Part shown: positions 38,746 to 49,779 of the stretch, piece after piece
How positions within the stretch are numbered: position 1 is the first letter of the stretch
Layout: each line of letters starts with the position of its first letter
DNA from: an uncultured Gemmatimonadales bacterium
GTDB taxonomy: Bacteria; Gemmatimonadota; Gemmatimonadetes; Longimicrobiales; Gaopeijiaceae
Direction of reading: 5' to 3'
Assembly (NCBI GenBank): GCA_963823035.1
Contig: CAWGKG010000014.1
Location: forward strand, 320,001-384,000
Length of the DNA stretch: 64,000 bases
The notes under the pieces: generated by a model
Databases searched by the model: none
Seen by the model: only the letters and a program-made list of their open reading frames with translations
Told to the model about the DNA's origin: nothing
Program-made: the position numbers and the translations under genes

Positions 38746-41405
38746 GGAAGGCCCCGCGCCTGTCCGCGTGGTGGCTGCGCCTCCTCCCACGCCTCTACCC
38801 CCGCGCGTTCCGCGAGCGCTCCGCCGGGGAGCTGGCGGCGCTGCTGGAGGAGGGCGCGTACGAGGCGGCGGCGCGCGGCCGCTGGGCGCTCGCGCGCTGG
38901 GTGGTGAGGAACACGGTGTGGTGCCTCCGGGACGCCGCCGCCGAACGGTGGCGGACCGATCCCGGCAGGCTGACGACGGGTGGGGAGGGTGGAGGCATGC
39001 ACGTTCGGGACGGGTTCCAGGCGCTGCGCACCGCGGTGCGCAGCCTCGTTCGCCATCCGGGCTACACGCTCCCGGCGCTCCTTACGCTCGCGCTGGGCAT
39101 CGGCGCGAACACCGCCATGTTCAGCGTGCTCTACGGCGTGGTGCTCCGCCCCCTCCCCTACCCGGCGCCGGACCGACTGGTCGAGCTCTTCCCGTCGGAC
39201 CTCGAGCGCACCTCCGGCGCCTTCTCCCTCCCCGACGTGCGCGACTGGCAGGAGCGTGCCCGCACGCTCACCGCGATCGGGGGCTACACGACGCTTCCCT
39301 CGGACCTGATCCTCACGGAGGCGGGTGACGACGCGCTCGAGGTCGAGACGGCGTACGTCACCTCCGGCTTCTTCGAGGCGATGGCCACGCCGCCCGCCCT
39401 CGGCAGCTGGTTGCCTGCGGAGGCGGAGGAGGGCGACAACCGCGTCGTGGTCGCCAGCCATGCCTTCTGGGTCCGCCAGCTCGGGGCCGACGCCTCCGCG
39501 GTGGGCGGCACGCTCACGCTCTCCGGAGAGCCGTACCGCCTCGTCGGGGTGATGCCCGAGGACTTCGCCTACCCCGACCCGGGCATCGAGCTGTGGGCGT
39601 TCCTGTCGGTGATCCCTTCCACGAGCATCCCCCTCCACATCCGCGGCGTGCGCCTCCTCCAGGGCGTGGCGCGGATGACGCCGGGCACCACGGTGGCGGA
39701 GGCGCGGGACGACGCAGCGGGGATCGCCGCCGCGCTGGCCGCGACGTATCCGGACAGCAACGCCGGCGTACCGACGGCGGCGGTGGTCCCCCTGCGGAGC
39801 AGCCTGGTGGGCGACGTGCGCAGGCCGCTCGCGGTGCTCATGGCCGCCGCGCTCCTCATCCTCACGATCGTGTGCGCGAACCTCGCGAACCTCGCGCTCA
39901 CGCGGGAAGCCGGACGCGAGACCGAGCTGGCCGTGCGCGCCGCGCTGGGCGCGAGCCGGGCCCGCCGCGCCGCGCTCGTGATGGCGGAGAGCCTCCTCCT
40001 CTCGCTCGTGGGTGGCGCGCTCGGGCTGGCCCTGGCCGCGTGGGGAACGGGAGCGCTGGTCTCGCTCAACGCCGGCACGCTCCCGCGCGCCCGGGAGATC
40101 TCCCCGGACTGGCGGATCGCGCTCTTCTCGCTCGTCGTGTCCATGATCGTGGGGCTCCTCTTCGCAGTCCTCCCGGGGATGCGGGCGGCGCGCGGCAACC
40201 TCTCGGACCGGCTGCGGGCCGGGGCTCGAGGCCTCTCCGGGGCCGATCGTGCCCGCAACGTGCTCGTCGTCTCCCAGGTGGCGCTCTCGGTCGTGCTGCT
40301 GGTGGGCGCCGGGCTCATGGGGCGCAGCCTCCAGGCCCTCGGCCAAGTCGATCCGGGCTTCGACCCGGACGGCCTCGTGGTGGCCGACATGACCTTCCCG
40401 AGCGGCCGTTATCCGGACCGGCCGTCGTACCTCGCCGCGTACGAGGAGACGCTGGAGGCGCTCTCCTCCCTCCCTGGCGTGCGCGCCGCCGGCACGATCC
40501 GACGCTTCCCCTTCCTCGGGGAGGGCGAGGGGGTGCGCGTCGGCCTACCGGCGCAAGGTGCGGAGGAGGAGGGGGTGCGCGCGACCCTCCTGCAGGTGAG
40601 CCCAGGCCTCTTCGCCGCCATGGGGGTCACCCTCCTCGAGGGCCGTGACCTCCCACCCGGCGCTGGCACGGACGGACGGCAGGTGGCCGTGCTCAACCGC
40701 ACGCTGGCCCGGGCGCTCTTCGCCGGCGAGCCGGCGACCGGGCGGACGATCCGCCTGGGCGACCCGACGCTCGAGGTCGTGGGCGTGGTCGAGGACGTGC
40801 ACCAGGTCCGGCTGCAGGGCGGCACGCCGGCCACCGTCTACGTGGCGCAGCACGCTCTGCCCCGGCGCGGGGCGGCGTTCGTCCTGCGCACGGACGGCCC
40901 CACCGCCCGCGTGGAGCGGGAAGTCCGCGACGCGCTCCGGCGCATCGACCCCGCGCAGCCGATCACCGAGCTGGCCCCCGCCGCAGACATCGTGGCGCGC
41001 CAAGCAATGCGGCCGCGATTCTTCGCCCTCCTGTTCGGGGCCTTCGCGTCTCTCGCCCTCGTGCTCTCCGCGATCGGCGTGTACGGCGTGGTGGCCTTCG
41101 GCGTGGCCCGCCGTCGCCGTGAGGTCGGCATCCGGGTGGCCATGGGCGCCGACGCCCGTGACGTGCAGGCGCTGGTCGTGCGCCAGGGCATGGTGCCCGT
41201 GGGCATCGGCATCGCGATGGGGACGCTCGCCGCGCTCGCGCTCGTTCGCGCCCTGGCGTCGCTCCTCTTCGGTGTCGGGCTCTACGATCCGATCGCGTAC
41301 GTGCTCGGCATCGCCGTCCTGGCCACGACCGGGCTGCTGGCCTGCTGGATCCCGGCCCGATCGGCCTCGCGGACGGAGCCCGTGCGCGCGCTCACCGCCG
41401 AATAG
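38742..41405 (+). CDS. ADOP/MacB-like duplicated ABC permease
   Basis: RLYPRAFRER N-terminal domain, LALGIGANTAMFS, CANLANL, RRREVGIRVAMGA; GTGA overlap with padR. Confidence 0.9.
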   Translation: MRKAPRLSAWWLRLLPRLYPRAFRERSAGELAALLEEGAYEAAARGRWALARWVVRNTVWCLRDAAAERWRTDPGRLTTGGEGGGMHVRDGFQALRTAVRSLVRHPGYTLPALLTLALGIGANTAMFSVLYGVVLRPLPYPAPDRLVELFPSDLERTSGAFSLPDVRDWQERARTLTAIGGYTTLPSDLILTEAGDDALEVETAYVTSGFFEAMATPPALGSWLPAEAEEGDNRVVVASHAFWVRQLGADASAVGGTLTLSGEPYRLVGVMPEDFAYPDPGIELWAFLSVIPSTSIPLHIRGVRLLQGVARMTPGTTVAEARDDAAGIAAALAATYPDSNAGVPTAAVVPLRSSLVGDVRRPLAVLMAAALLILTIVCANLANLALTREAGRETELAVRAALGASRARRAALVMAESLLLSLVGGALGLALAAWGTGALVSLNAGTLPRAREISPDWRIALFSLVVSMIVGLLFAVLPGMRAARGNLSDRLRAGARGLSGADRARNVLVVSQVALSVVLLVGAGLMGRSLQALGQVDPGFDPDGLVVADMTFPSGRYPDRPSYLAAYEETLEALSSLPGVRAAGTIRRFPFLGEGEGVRVGLPAQGAEEEGVRATLLQVSPGLFAAMGVTLLEGRDLPPGAGTDGRQVAVLNRTLARALFAGEPATGRTIRLGDPTLEVVGVVEDVHQVRLQGGTPATVYVAQHALPRRGAAFVLRTDGPTARVEREVRDALRRIDPAQPITELAPAADIVARQAMRPRFFALLFGAFASLALVLSAIGVYGVVAFGVARRRREVGIRVAMGADARDVQALVVRQGMVPVGIGIAMGTLAALALVRALASLLFGVGLYDPIAYVLGIAVLATTGLLACWIPARSASRTEPVRALTAE

Positions 41406-41463
41406 CGCACCGGACGCTCGCGACTCCGCCGCACGGAGAGGGTCGATGTCGGTCGAAGAGCGC

Positions 41464-41490
41464 GTACTCTGTATTGCAAAGTACTTGACG
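41464..41490 (+). promoter_or_regulatory. imperfect inverted repeat abutting a -35 element
   Basis: GTACTCTG-TATTG-CAAAGTAC followed directly by TTGACG, in an AT-rich patch. Confidence 0.45.
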
Positions 41491-41548
41491 ATACCCCGTG
41501 CCCCTTCGATCTTGGGACATGTCCGCATCCCCCGTTCGTGGCCTTCCG

Positions 41549-41962
41549 ATGTCCGCACTCACCGAGTTCCTGTTCCCTGCTCCGGCCCGCCGCACGATGG
41601 GCTCGATCGTCGGCTGGTGGGAATCGCGCCGGCTGAAGTACAACGCCCTCGTGGGCGGTGCCGGCGTCGTGTCGCTGGGGATCGTGACGGTGGTCGGCCA
41701 TCTCCCGCCCAACCCGCTCCCGGGCGTCGGGCTGCTGCCGCCCTGGCAGGGGATCGTGATGTTCGGCGCGCTGGCAAACGTCTGCTATTCCCTGGGACCG
41801 GCCGTGGAGGTCGTGGTCGACAAGCTTTGGGGGAGACAGGTCCTCCCGGTCGGTCCCTCGCTCTTCCGCATGGGCCTCACCTTCTCGGTGGGGCTCGCCC
41901 TCCTGCCCGCCCTCCTCTTCCTCTTCCAGTGGGTCCTGCGCATCGTGCTCGCGGTGTTCTGA
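41549..41962 (+). CDS. membrane protein
   Basis: IVGWWESRRLKYN, ANVCYSLG; three TM segments. Confidence 0.75.
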   Translation: MSALTEFLFPAPARRTMGSIVGWWESRRLKYNALVGGAGVVSLGIVTVVGHLPPNPLPGVGLLPPWQGIVMFGALANVCYSLGPAVEVVVDKLWGRQVLPVGPSLFRMGLTFSVGLALLPALLFLFQWVLRIVLAVF

Positions 41963-42041
41963 TCCGACCCACGGGTTGCGCGACGGGGCGCTCCGCCCCC
42001 TGATTCCGTCCTCACGCAACCGCTCGAAAAGGGGACCCGTC

Positions 42042-42383
42042 ATGGCACGATTCGTCTGGATGGGCGTCGTGCTCCAGCTGGCGATGGTCATGGTGGGTCA
42101 CTTCGACGAGACCGTGCTCAACCTGTCCGGCGTGTTGGGCACGGCGATCCCCTTCGCCCTGGGCGGCTGGTACGGCCTCACGACCCAGGTGGGCTTCGGC
42201 CGGGCCTCGCGGAGCGGCCTCGTGATCGGCGTGGTCGGCGCCGTCGTGGGCGTGCTCGCAGCTATCCTCCTGGGCGACGCCAACTGGATGCTCCTGACGT
42301 TCGCACCGCTGGCGTCCGCCTTGATGGGAGGGCTTGGCGCCCTGGTGGGTCGCGTCGGGAGTCGTGCCGAGGCGGACGCCTGA
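42042..42383 (+). CDS. small membrane protein
   Basis: About four hydrophobic helices; purine-rich RBS. Confidence 0.7.
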   Translation: MARFVWMGVVLQLAMVMVGHFDETVLNLSGVLGTAIPFALGGWYGLTTQVGFGRASRSGLVIGVVGAVVGVLAAILLGDANWMLLTFAPLASALMGGLGALVGRVGSRAEADA

Positions 42384-42480
42384 GCGACGCCGCAGCGGAA
42401 CGCCCCACGGAACAGCTCTTGCACCCTTCGAGGTACAACCACCTCGACACGACGCTTCCACGAGACGCGGGAAGGGAGGC

Positions 42481-45400
42481 ATGGGAGTGAGCACGAAGAG
42501 CCGTGCGCCGAAGGGACGGCGCTGGCGCATCGTGCGCAGACTTGCCGCAGCCGCGGTCGGGATTCCCGTGGCGCTACTCGTGGTTCTGGTGCTGCTTCTC
42601 CAGGTCGACGCGCTGTCCACGGTCGCCGGGCGCTGGGTCCTGGCCCGCGCCAACCCGTGGCAGGACGCCACCCTCCAGGTGGGGCACGCCTCCCTGCGAG
42701 GGTTGAGCCATCTCGAGGTGGCGGACCTCCGGATCCTGACGCCGGACGGGGACCCGCTGGTCGAGCTCGACTCGCTGGACGCACACATCCGCCTCCTTCC
42801 CCTCCTCCGCGGCACCCTCGTCCTTCCCGCGCTCGAGGTGGCGGGGCTCCGCGTCACGATGCGTCAGCGCGCCGACTCGACGTGGGACCTCCTGGCCCCG
42901 TTCGCGGCCGCGAAGGACACCGTGGCGGCCCAGGAGAAGAGCGGCTTCGCGATCCGCATGGGGCCCGCCGAGCTCCGCCGCTCCTCCATGCGCGCGGACT
43001 TCCTCGCTTCGTCCGATTCGACCCTGCGCGTCGAGGTGGTGACGCTTCGGCTCGACACCCTGACGTGGCCCCACCCCACCCTCGTGACCGTGGACACGCT
43101 GGACGCCCGCATCTTCCCGCCGTCGCGGCCGGAGAGCCCCGCCCACTTCTCGGGGGCGGCCCGGCTCGCTTCCGGCGCCCTCACGACCGAGGGGATCCGC
43201 CTCGTCTCGGACTCCAGCGACGTGCGTGCCGGGGGGACGCTCGTCCTCCCCGACCGTGGCGACACGACTGTCCGCGACATCGACTTCACCCTCACGGCCT
43301 CTCCCCTCGACTTCCGCGACGTCGGCGCGCTGGTCCCGGGCTTCGACGTCGCGGGCAGCCTGCGCCTCGACGCGCGCGTGACGGGCTCGACGGACCTCCT
43401 CGGCCTGCGCGTCGACGGAGAGACCTTCGACGGTGGCACGCTCCACCTCGAGGGTCAGCTCACGCCGCGGACCGGCGACTCCATCCACTACGCGTTGCGT
43501 GGCCGCGTACGCGACCTCGATCCCTCTCTCTGGAGCGCCGGCGCATCGTCCGTACGGGGCGTGGACGCGGACGTGGTCGTCGCGCTCGACGGTCCGGCCC
43601 TCGACTCCCTCGACGGCACCGTCACCCTCGACGTGCAGGGTGCACGCGTGGCGAGCGGAACACTCCGCCCCACCCACCTCGAGGCGACGCTCGTGCGCGG
43701 CCTCGCGACGTTCGACGTGGCAGGCGGCGCGGATCCCTGGGTGCATCTCACGGCGCACGGGACGGCGCGTCCTCTCGACGCCCTGCCGACGTTCGACGTG
43801 CGGAGCACGCTCCACCAGCTCGACACGCTCACGGCGGGGGGCGCTCGCCTCGCTTCGATCGTCGCCACGGTGCGCGCGGACGGAGCCGGCTTCAGCCCGT
43901 CCGTGGCGCGCGGCAGCGCCCATGTCGATCTCTCGGGGGCGGTGGGGGACGTGCGCATCGAGAACGGCTCCGTCACGGCGAGCTGGGACTCGTCCACCGC
44001 GGACGCCCGACTCGAGGTCCCGCTCGGCGGGGGCCAGGTGACCGCCCACGCCCTCGCGGACTGGTCGGGCGCGGCGACCCGCGTCACCCTGCGCTCCTTC
44101 TCGGCCGACCGCGTGGATGTGGCCGGCCTCCTGGGCGACTCGATCGCCGGCTCGGTGTCGCTCACCGGCTCCGGCTCGGCCGTGGTGGGCGATCCGTCGA
44201 GCACCGTGGTGGACGCGGACCTGGCGATCGAGCAGGCGACGTGGCGGGCGCTTCGCGTCGACACGGGCCGGGTGAGCGTCCAGTTGCGCGACAGCACGCT
44301 GTCCGCGCGCGGCCGCGCGGTGGCGAACGCCGGCACGCTCGAGCTGACCGCCCGCGCGCGCCCCTTCGCCCCGACCCCTACCTGGCGTCTGGATACGCTG
44401 CGCGTGCGCGGGCTCGATCTGGGGCAGGTCCGGGCCGGGCTGCCCACGACCGACATCGACGGGATGGTCCGAGGTGAGGGACGGGGCTTCGCGCCCGCGA
44501 CCACCGAGGGCGCGCTGACGTTCACGCTCGACACGTCGCGGGTCGCAGGCGCCCTCGTCGATACCGCGACCGTGCGCGTCGCGCTGCGCGACGGCCGCGT
44601 CCAGCTGGACGGCGACGCGCACGCGCTGGGAGGCACCCTCGCGATGGTCGGCGAAGGCCGGCCCTTCGAGCCGACGCCGACCTTCCGCGTCACCCGGGCG
44701 CGCTTCGACACCCTGCGGGTGGACTCCACCGTCGCGGGGCCCCTGCGCGCGGTCCTCACGGGCACGCTGGAGGGGGAGGCGAGCCTGCCACCGGACACCT
44801 TCCCGACCCTGCGAGCCCGCCTGCGGATCGACGAGGGGCAGGTGAACGCCCAGGTGCTCGACTCCGCCGTGGTGGAGGCGACCACGGAGGGCGATCAGGC
44901 CCGACTGGATGCCGTCTTCTCGGCGGCGGGGGGCCATGGGAACGTGAGCGCCACCGCCACGCTCGCGCGCGAGTACGGGGCGCTCGCGATCCGCGCGGCC
45001 CGCGCCGACGGCACGCTCTCCTTCCCCGACCTCGGCGGCCTGCTCGGGCGCGACTCCGCCGACGCCGCGCTCGACGCGCGTTTCGCGCTCCGCGGCGAGG
45101 GGACACGCGCACGGACGATGCGCTGGAACGCCACGCTCTCCGCGTCCGGCCGGTACGACGCGGCGCGCCTGGACTCCCTGACCCTGTCTGCGCGCATGGC
45201 CGCCGGCGTCCTGCACCTCGACACCCTCGACGTGGCCTCGAACTTCGCCAAAGGCGGGGGTGGAGGAACGGTCGCGCTCTACGAGGACGCCGTGATCCCG
45301 GATTCCGTGACCCGTCGAGGGCTCGACCTGAGACTGAGCGCGGACAGCGTCGCGGCGATCGCGGACCTCCTCGGCGTCCACCCGCTATCCCTGCGCAGCG

Positions 45401-47607
45401 GAGGCCTGGTGGTCCATGCCGAGCACGGTAGCGGCGGCGTCGTGGTCACGGGCTCCGCCGGCGTGGGCGGCGTGATCGGAGCATCCGTCGCCGCCGACAC
45501 CGTCCACGCGGACTTCACGGCCCTCCTGCACGACCTCGATCTCGCGCGCGCCGATGTGGAGGTCCGCAGCGAGTCCGTCTCCCTCCCCTCGACCGTCCTC
45601 GACGCCGCGGGCGGGACCGTGGCGTACGACACGTCCGGCGCGTCCTTCGCCATTCAGGCCACCAAGGATGACGGCCACGAGGTCCGCATGGCGGGGCTCG
45701 CGCGCGTCGCCGAGCGCACCGTCCGCTTCGACAGCCTCGACGTGAACCTCCCCGATCGGAGTTGGCGGCTCGTCCGACCCGCGACGCTCACGTGGGGCGA
45801 CCGCATCGATCCGGACGGGATCACGCTCGCCTCCGGCACGAGCCGCATCGCCTTCGAGGGAGCGCTCGACCGTTCGGGCACGCAGAGCCTGACGGTGCGC
45901 CTCGATTCCGTGCCGGTCGGGGGCTTCGCCGAGCTGGCGGGGCTGGAGGGGCTCCAGGGCACGTTCGACGGCCGCCTGGAGGCGACCGGGCCCGCCGACG
46001 ACGTCGGGTTGAACGGGGACCTCGACGCGACCCTCGGAGACGCGACGGCGCACATCGCGGTGCGGCCCGCCGAGGGACGCGCGTTGGGTGTCGAGGTGAC
46101 CATGACCGACCCGCAGAACGACCCGCTCACGGTGCGCGGCACGATCCCCTTCCGGCTGTCGCTCGCTGCCGGGGGCGGCGCCGGCCCGCCTCCCGACCAG
46201 ACGATGGGGCTCGACATCACGGCGCGCGACTTCTCGGTGGGCTGGATCACGCCCTTCCTTCGTCCGCTCGGCGTCCAGACCTTCGAAGCCGAGCTCACGG
46301 CGGACGCGCGCCTGGAGGGCACGATGGACGACCCGAGCCTCACGGGGAGCGCCTCCCTCGCGCAGGGCCGCCTCGAGATCCCCGAGCAGGGCGTGTCCTA
46401 CACCGAGATCCACGGCAACCTGCGCTTCCCCGGGGACCGCATCGAGGTGCCGTCGCTCACCGCCGTGGCGGGAGGCACCGCGGAGATCGAGGGCGACATC
46501 GTCCTCGCGCCGCTCAACAACCCGACCTTCGACCTGCGCGGCCACTTCCGCCGCTTCGAGGTCGTCGAGAACGCCTGGACCCGCCTGCGCGTGAACGGGG
46601 ACGTCACGCTCTCCGGCGACCTCCAGGGGCCGGTGGTCGGCGGGTCCGCGCAGATCGAGGACACGGACATCTACGCCGACCAGGTCGGCGAGGGACAGAT
46701 GGTCCGACCCGTCGAGCTCACGTCCGAGGACTACCGGATGCTCGCGTCGTACTTCGGGTACCGGCCCTCGGAAGCCATCGCGGTGCAGCGCGACCCGTTG
46801 CTTCCGTGGAGCATCGACCTGAGCCTCGACATCGGCAACGACGTCTGGGTACGCCGGCGGACGCAGCCCGAGATGCGCATCCAGATCGACGGCTCGCTGG
46901 ACGTGCGCAAGGAGCCGGGGGACTCCATCCGCCTGTTCGGGACGGTGGAGGCCGTGAACGGTCGAAGCTACTTCCAGCAGTTCGGAAGGCGGTTCACCAT
47001 CGCGAACGGCACCGTGACCTTCAACGGCTCTCCGATGGACTGGCAGGTCGACGCGGAGGCCCGCTACGAGGTGCCCTCGACGCGCGACCCCAACACCTCG
47101 GAGGCGACGATCACGCTCGACGTGAGGGGGCGGGCGGACGACCTCGGCCTCACGCTCGGGTCCGAGCCGTCGATGGAGAACGCGGACATCCTCTCCTACC
47201 TCGCCACCGGGCGGCCGGCGGCGAGCGCCGCCCAGTTCGGCAATACGGGCTCCTCCGGGGGGAGCGGTGGCGTGCTCGGCGCGGGCGAGGAGCTCGCGCT
47301 TGGGCGCGTCGCGGGCCTGCTCGAGGAGACGGCCGAGCAGGCCGTAGGGCTCGACGTCGTGGAGATCCGCCAGAACGGACTGAAGGGCGCCACCCTCGTG
47401 GCCGGGCGCTACGTGAACCCGCGGCTCTTCGTGGCCTTCCAGCAGCCGTTGACCCTGAACGCGCGCACGGAGGAGGCGACGCGCGACCAGGGCTCGCGCG
47501 GAACGGAGGTGGAGATCGAGTACACCTGGTACCGTTGGCTGCTGGTGAACATCCAGGGCGGCCAATCCACGATCCGCCTCTTCCTCAGGACGAAGTACGC
47601 CTACTGA
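42481..47607 (+). CDS. tamB: translocation and assembly module TamB (DUF490)
   Basis: N-terminal TM anchor, long beta-taco repeats, C-terminal FGRRFTIANGTVTFNG, DILSYLATG, AGRYVNPRLFV. Confidence 0.88.
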   Translation: MGVSTKSRAPKGRRWRIVRRLAAAAVGIPVALLVVLVLLLQVDALSTVAGRWVLARANPWQDATLQVGHASLRGLSHLEVADLRILTPDGDPLVELDSLDAHIRLLPLLRGTLVLPALEVAGLRVTMRQRADSTWDLLAPFAAAKDTVAAQEKSGFAIRMGPAELRRSSMRADFLASSDSTLRVEVVTLRLDTLTWPHPTLVTVDTLDARIFPPSRPESPAHFSGAARLASGALTTEGIRLVSDSSDVRAGGTLVLPDRGDTTVRDIDFTLTASPLDFRDVGALVPGFDVAGSLRLDARVTGSTDLLGLRVDGETFDGGTLHLEGQLTPRTGDSIHYALRGRVRDLDPSLWSAGASSVRGVDADVVVALDGPALDSLDGTVTLDVQGARVASGTLRPTHLEATLVRGLATFDVAGGADPWVHLTAHGTARPLDALPTFDVRSTLHQLDTLTAGGARLASIVATVRADGAGFSPSVARGSAHVDLSGAVGDVRIENGSVTASWDSSTADARLEVPLGGGQVTAHALADWSGAATRVTLRSFSADRVDVAGLLGDSIAGSVSLTGSGSAVVGDPSSTVVDADLAIEQATWRALRVDTGRVSVQLRDSTLSARGRAVANAGTLELTARARPFAPTPTWRLDTLRVRGLDLGQVRAGLPTTDIDGMVRGEGRGFAPATTEGALTFTLDTSRVAGALVDTATVRVALRDGRVQLDGDAHALGGTLAMVGEGRPFEPTPTFRVTRARFDTLRVDSTVAGPLRAVLTGTLEGEASLPPDTFPTLRARLRIDEGQVNAQVLDSAVVEATTEGDQARLDAVFSAAGGHGNVSATATLAREYGALAIRAARADGTLSFPDLGGLLGRDSADAALDARFALRGEGTRARTMRWNATLSASGRYDAARLDSLTLSARMAAGVLHLDTLDVASNFAKGGGGGTVALYEDAVIPDSVTRRGLDLRLSADSVAAIADLLGVHPLSLRSGGLVVHAEHGSGGVVVTGSAGVGGVIGASVAADTVHADFTALLHDLDLARADVEVRSESVSLPSTVLDAAGGTVAYDTSGASFAIQATKDDGHEVRMAGLARVAERTVRFDSLDVNLPDRSWRLVRPATLTWGDRIDPDGITLASGTSRIAFEGALDRSGTQSLTVRLDSVPVGGFAELAGLEGLQGTFDGRLEATGPADDVGLNGDLDATLGDATAHIAVRPAEGRALGVEVTMTDPQNDPLTVRGTIPFRLSLAAGGGAGPPPDQTMGLDITARDFSVGWITPFLRPLGVQTFEAELTADARLEGTMDDPSLTGSASLAQGRLEIPEQGVSYTEIHGNLRFPGDRIEVPSLTAVAGGTAEIEGDIVLAPLNNPTFDLRGHFRRFEVVENAWTRLRVNGDVTLSGDLQGPVVGGSAQIEDTDIYADQVGEGQMVRPVELTSEDYRMLASYFGYRPSEAIAVQRDPLLPWSIDLSLDIGNDVWVRRRTQPEMRIQIDGSLDVRKEPGDSIRLFGTVEAVNGRSYFQQFGRRFTIANGTVTFNGSPMDWQVDAEARYEVPSTRDPNTSEATITLDVRGRADDLGLTLGSEPSMENADILSYLATGRPAASAAQFGNTGSSGGSGGVLGAGEELALGRVAGLLEETAEQAVGLDVVEIRQNGLKGATLVAGRYVNPRLFVAFQQPLTLNARTEEATRDQGSRGTEVEIEYTWYRWLLVNIQGGQSTIRLFLRTKYAY

Positions 47608-49775
47608 TGGGGATCCCGCGCCGCGCCCTCCTGACCCTCGGCATGCTGGCCGCCGCGCTCACGCCGCGGTCGGCGCACGCCCAGATCCCGTACTACGTCT
47701 TCGACGACCACACACAGGTCGGCTCGATCCGCTTCACTTTCCCGGACGGGAGGACCTTCCCGGACGACCGGCTGCTGGAGCACATGGTGCTCGGTGAGCC
47801 GAGCTGGCTGTCGCGCGTGCACGGCGTGCTCGCCTTCCTCCCCCTCGTCTCGAATCCGGCGGCCCACCCCTTCACGCCGCTCGACCTGCAGCGCGACGTC
47901 GCCCGCCTGCGCCGCTTCTACGCCGAGAGCGGCTTCCTGGGCACGGACGTCCGCTACGAGGTGGGCTTCGACCCGAACGACAACCGGGTGGCCATCGACC
48001 TGATCGTGACGGAGGGCCGCCCGATCCGCGTGCGCACGCTCTCGATCACGACGCCCGACGGCGGCGACCCGGCCTCGGACCTCGACGACGCCCTGGCGGC
48101 CGAATGGCGGGCTTTCGCAGAGAGCCACCAGGACCCGATCGGCGACCGCTTCACGGAGGCGACGCGCGCGCGCCTGGTGGGGGACGTGCTCAACTGGTGG
48201 ATGAACCGCGGATGGGCCTTCACCCAGGCCCGCGCCGAGACGGTGGTGGACTCGACGGCGGCCGCGCTCGACCTCGACGTGCGCGTCGATCCCGGCCCCC
48301 GCACACGGGTCGACGCCATCGAGACCGACGGCAACCACCGTGTCTCCGACGACGTCATCCTGCGTGCCCTGCCCTTCCACACGGGGGAGTGGTACTCCTC
48401 CGAACAGCTCGCGGCCGCACAGCGGCGCCTCTTCGCCCTCGACCTCTTCCGGCTGGTCCTGGTGGACGTTGTGCCGAACCAACCGCGCGACTCGACGGTG
48501 GCGGTGCGCATCCGCCTGGAGGAGACGCCGCCCCGCCTCTTCACCGGGGAGTTCGGCTACGTATCCGCCGGAGGCGGGCTGACCGGCCACGCCGCGTGGG
48601 CCCATCGCAACTTCATGGGCGGTGCGCGTACACTGAGCACGACCGCCACCCTCCAGACCGGCGTGCTGTCGCTGGCCGAGAAGCCCGCGCGCGAGTACGG
48701 CCTCAGCGTGTCCTACCGGCGACCGTTCACCTTCCACCCCCGTGTCACGCTCAACGTCGCGCCCTACGGGCGCTACCGGGACAACGTCGTCGATCGGTCG
48801 TGGGAGATCGGCAACGAAACGACGTTCATCTACGAGCTGGGCCAGTACCGTTTCCTCACCCTCCAGCACCGCTACTCCTCGCGGCGGGTGCTGGACTATC
48901 GCCTCGGCTCGGCCAACGCCATCGACCTGGCGACGCTCCTCCATCTCGCGGGGGAGGGCGCCCTCGACTCCCTCTCGAACCGGATCGAACGCAGCAGCTT
49001 CAGCCTGTCGGGCACCATCGGCCGGTTCGATCCGACGTCGCCCGCCCAGGTGCTGCAGGCCCGTCCAACGGTGGAGGTCACCACGCCGGCCGCGCTCAAC
49101 ACGATCGAGTTCACGCGCATCGACGTGCCCCTCCTCGGATACCTCCCGCTCGGGCACGGCTTCGCGCTCGCGGCGCAGGCTCGTATCGGCCGGGTGTATC
49201 CCTTCGGGAAGACCCTTGCGGGTGACGACGACGGGCAGGCGCTGATCCGGGCCGCGCAGCTCCGCGACGTCCTGCTGACCGCCGGGGGCACGGGGAGCGT
49301 GCGCGGATGGGGAAACGGCCTTCTGGGGCCGAAGTTCCCCAACCTCGTCTTCACCGGATTGGCTGCCGTCGACACCGCGACGGCGGTCACGGACGGCTAC
49401 GTGCCGGCGGGCGGGCTGGCGCGGGCAACGACTTCCGTCGAGGTGCGCACCCCCTTCCCGGGGCTGTCGGAGCGGTGGGGTCTGCACGCCTTCCTGGACG
49501 CGGGCCGGGTCTGGACCCCCGACGTCCGCTTCCGCGGCGAAGACCCCTACGGGGAGCAGGGTTGGTTCTACGCGGCAGGCGGGGGCGTCGACGTTTCGAC
49601 GCTGGTCGGGCCCATCCGCGTCAGCGTCGGCTACAAGCTCAACCCCTCGCCGCTCGACGTGCGCTCGGCGCAGGACATCTTCCAGGCCCTCTCGGAGGGC
49701 AGCCCCATCACCTCCATGCCCACCGACTGGAAGCGCCGCTTCCACATCCACGTCGCGCTCGGCCAGAGCTTCTGA
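47607..49775 (+). CDS. tamA: TamA/BamA (Omp85) outer-membrane protein
   Basis: POTRA-like repeats, GGTGSVRGW, FLDAGRVW, VGPIRVSVGYKLN, C-terminal LGQSF; TGATG coupling to tamB. Confidence 0.88.
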   Translation: MGIPRRALLTLGMLAAALTPRSAHAQIPYYVFDDHTQVGSIRFTFPDGRTFPDDRLLEHMVLGEPSWLSRVHGVLAFLPLVSNPAAHPFTPLDLQRDVARLRRFYAESGFLGTDVRYEVGFDPNDNRVAIDLIVTEGRPIRVRTLSITTPDGGDPASDLDDALAAEWRAFAESHQDPIGDRFTEATRARLVGDVLNWWMNRGWAFTQARAETVVDSTAAALDLDVRVDPGPRTRVDAIETDGNHRVSDDVILRALPFHTGEWYSSEQLAAAQRRLFALDLFRLVLVDVVPNQPRDSTVAVRIRLEETPPRLFTGEFGYVSAGGGLTGHAAWAHRNFMGGARTLSTTATLQTGVLSLAEKPAREYGLSVSYRRPFTFHPRVTLNVAPYGRYRDNVVDRSWEIGNETTFIYELGQYRFLTLQHRYSSRRVLDYRLGSANAIDLATLLHLAGEGALDSLSNRIERSSFSLSGTIGRFDPTSPAQVLQARPTVEVTTPAALNTIEFTRIDVPLLGYLPLGHGFALAAQARIGRVYPFGKTLAGDDDGQALIRAAQLRDVLLTAGGTGSVRGWGNGLLGPKFPNLVFTGLAAVDTATAVTDGYVPAGGLARATTSVEVRTPFPGLSERWGLHAFLDAGRVWTPDVRFRGEDPYGEQGWFYAAGGGVDVSTLVGPIRVSVGYKLNPSPLDVRSAQDIFQALSEGSPITSMPTDWKRRFHIHVALGQSF

Positions 49776-49779
49776 CGGC

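Noticed and set aside
38316..41405. 1029-aa PadR-permease fusion in the ORF track
   Set aside because: The PadR C-terminus continues in another frame to a TGA at 38745 overlapping the permease GTG, so the fusion is an indel artefact
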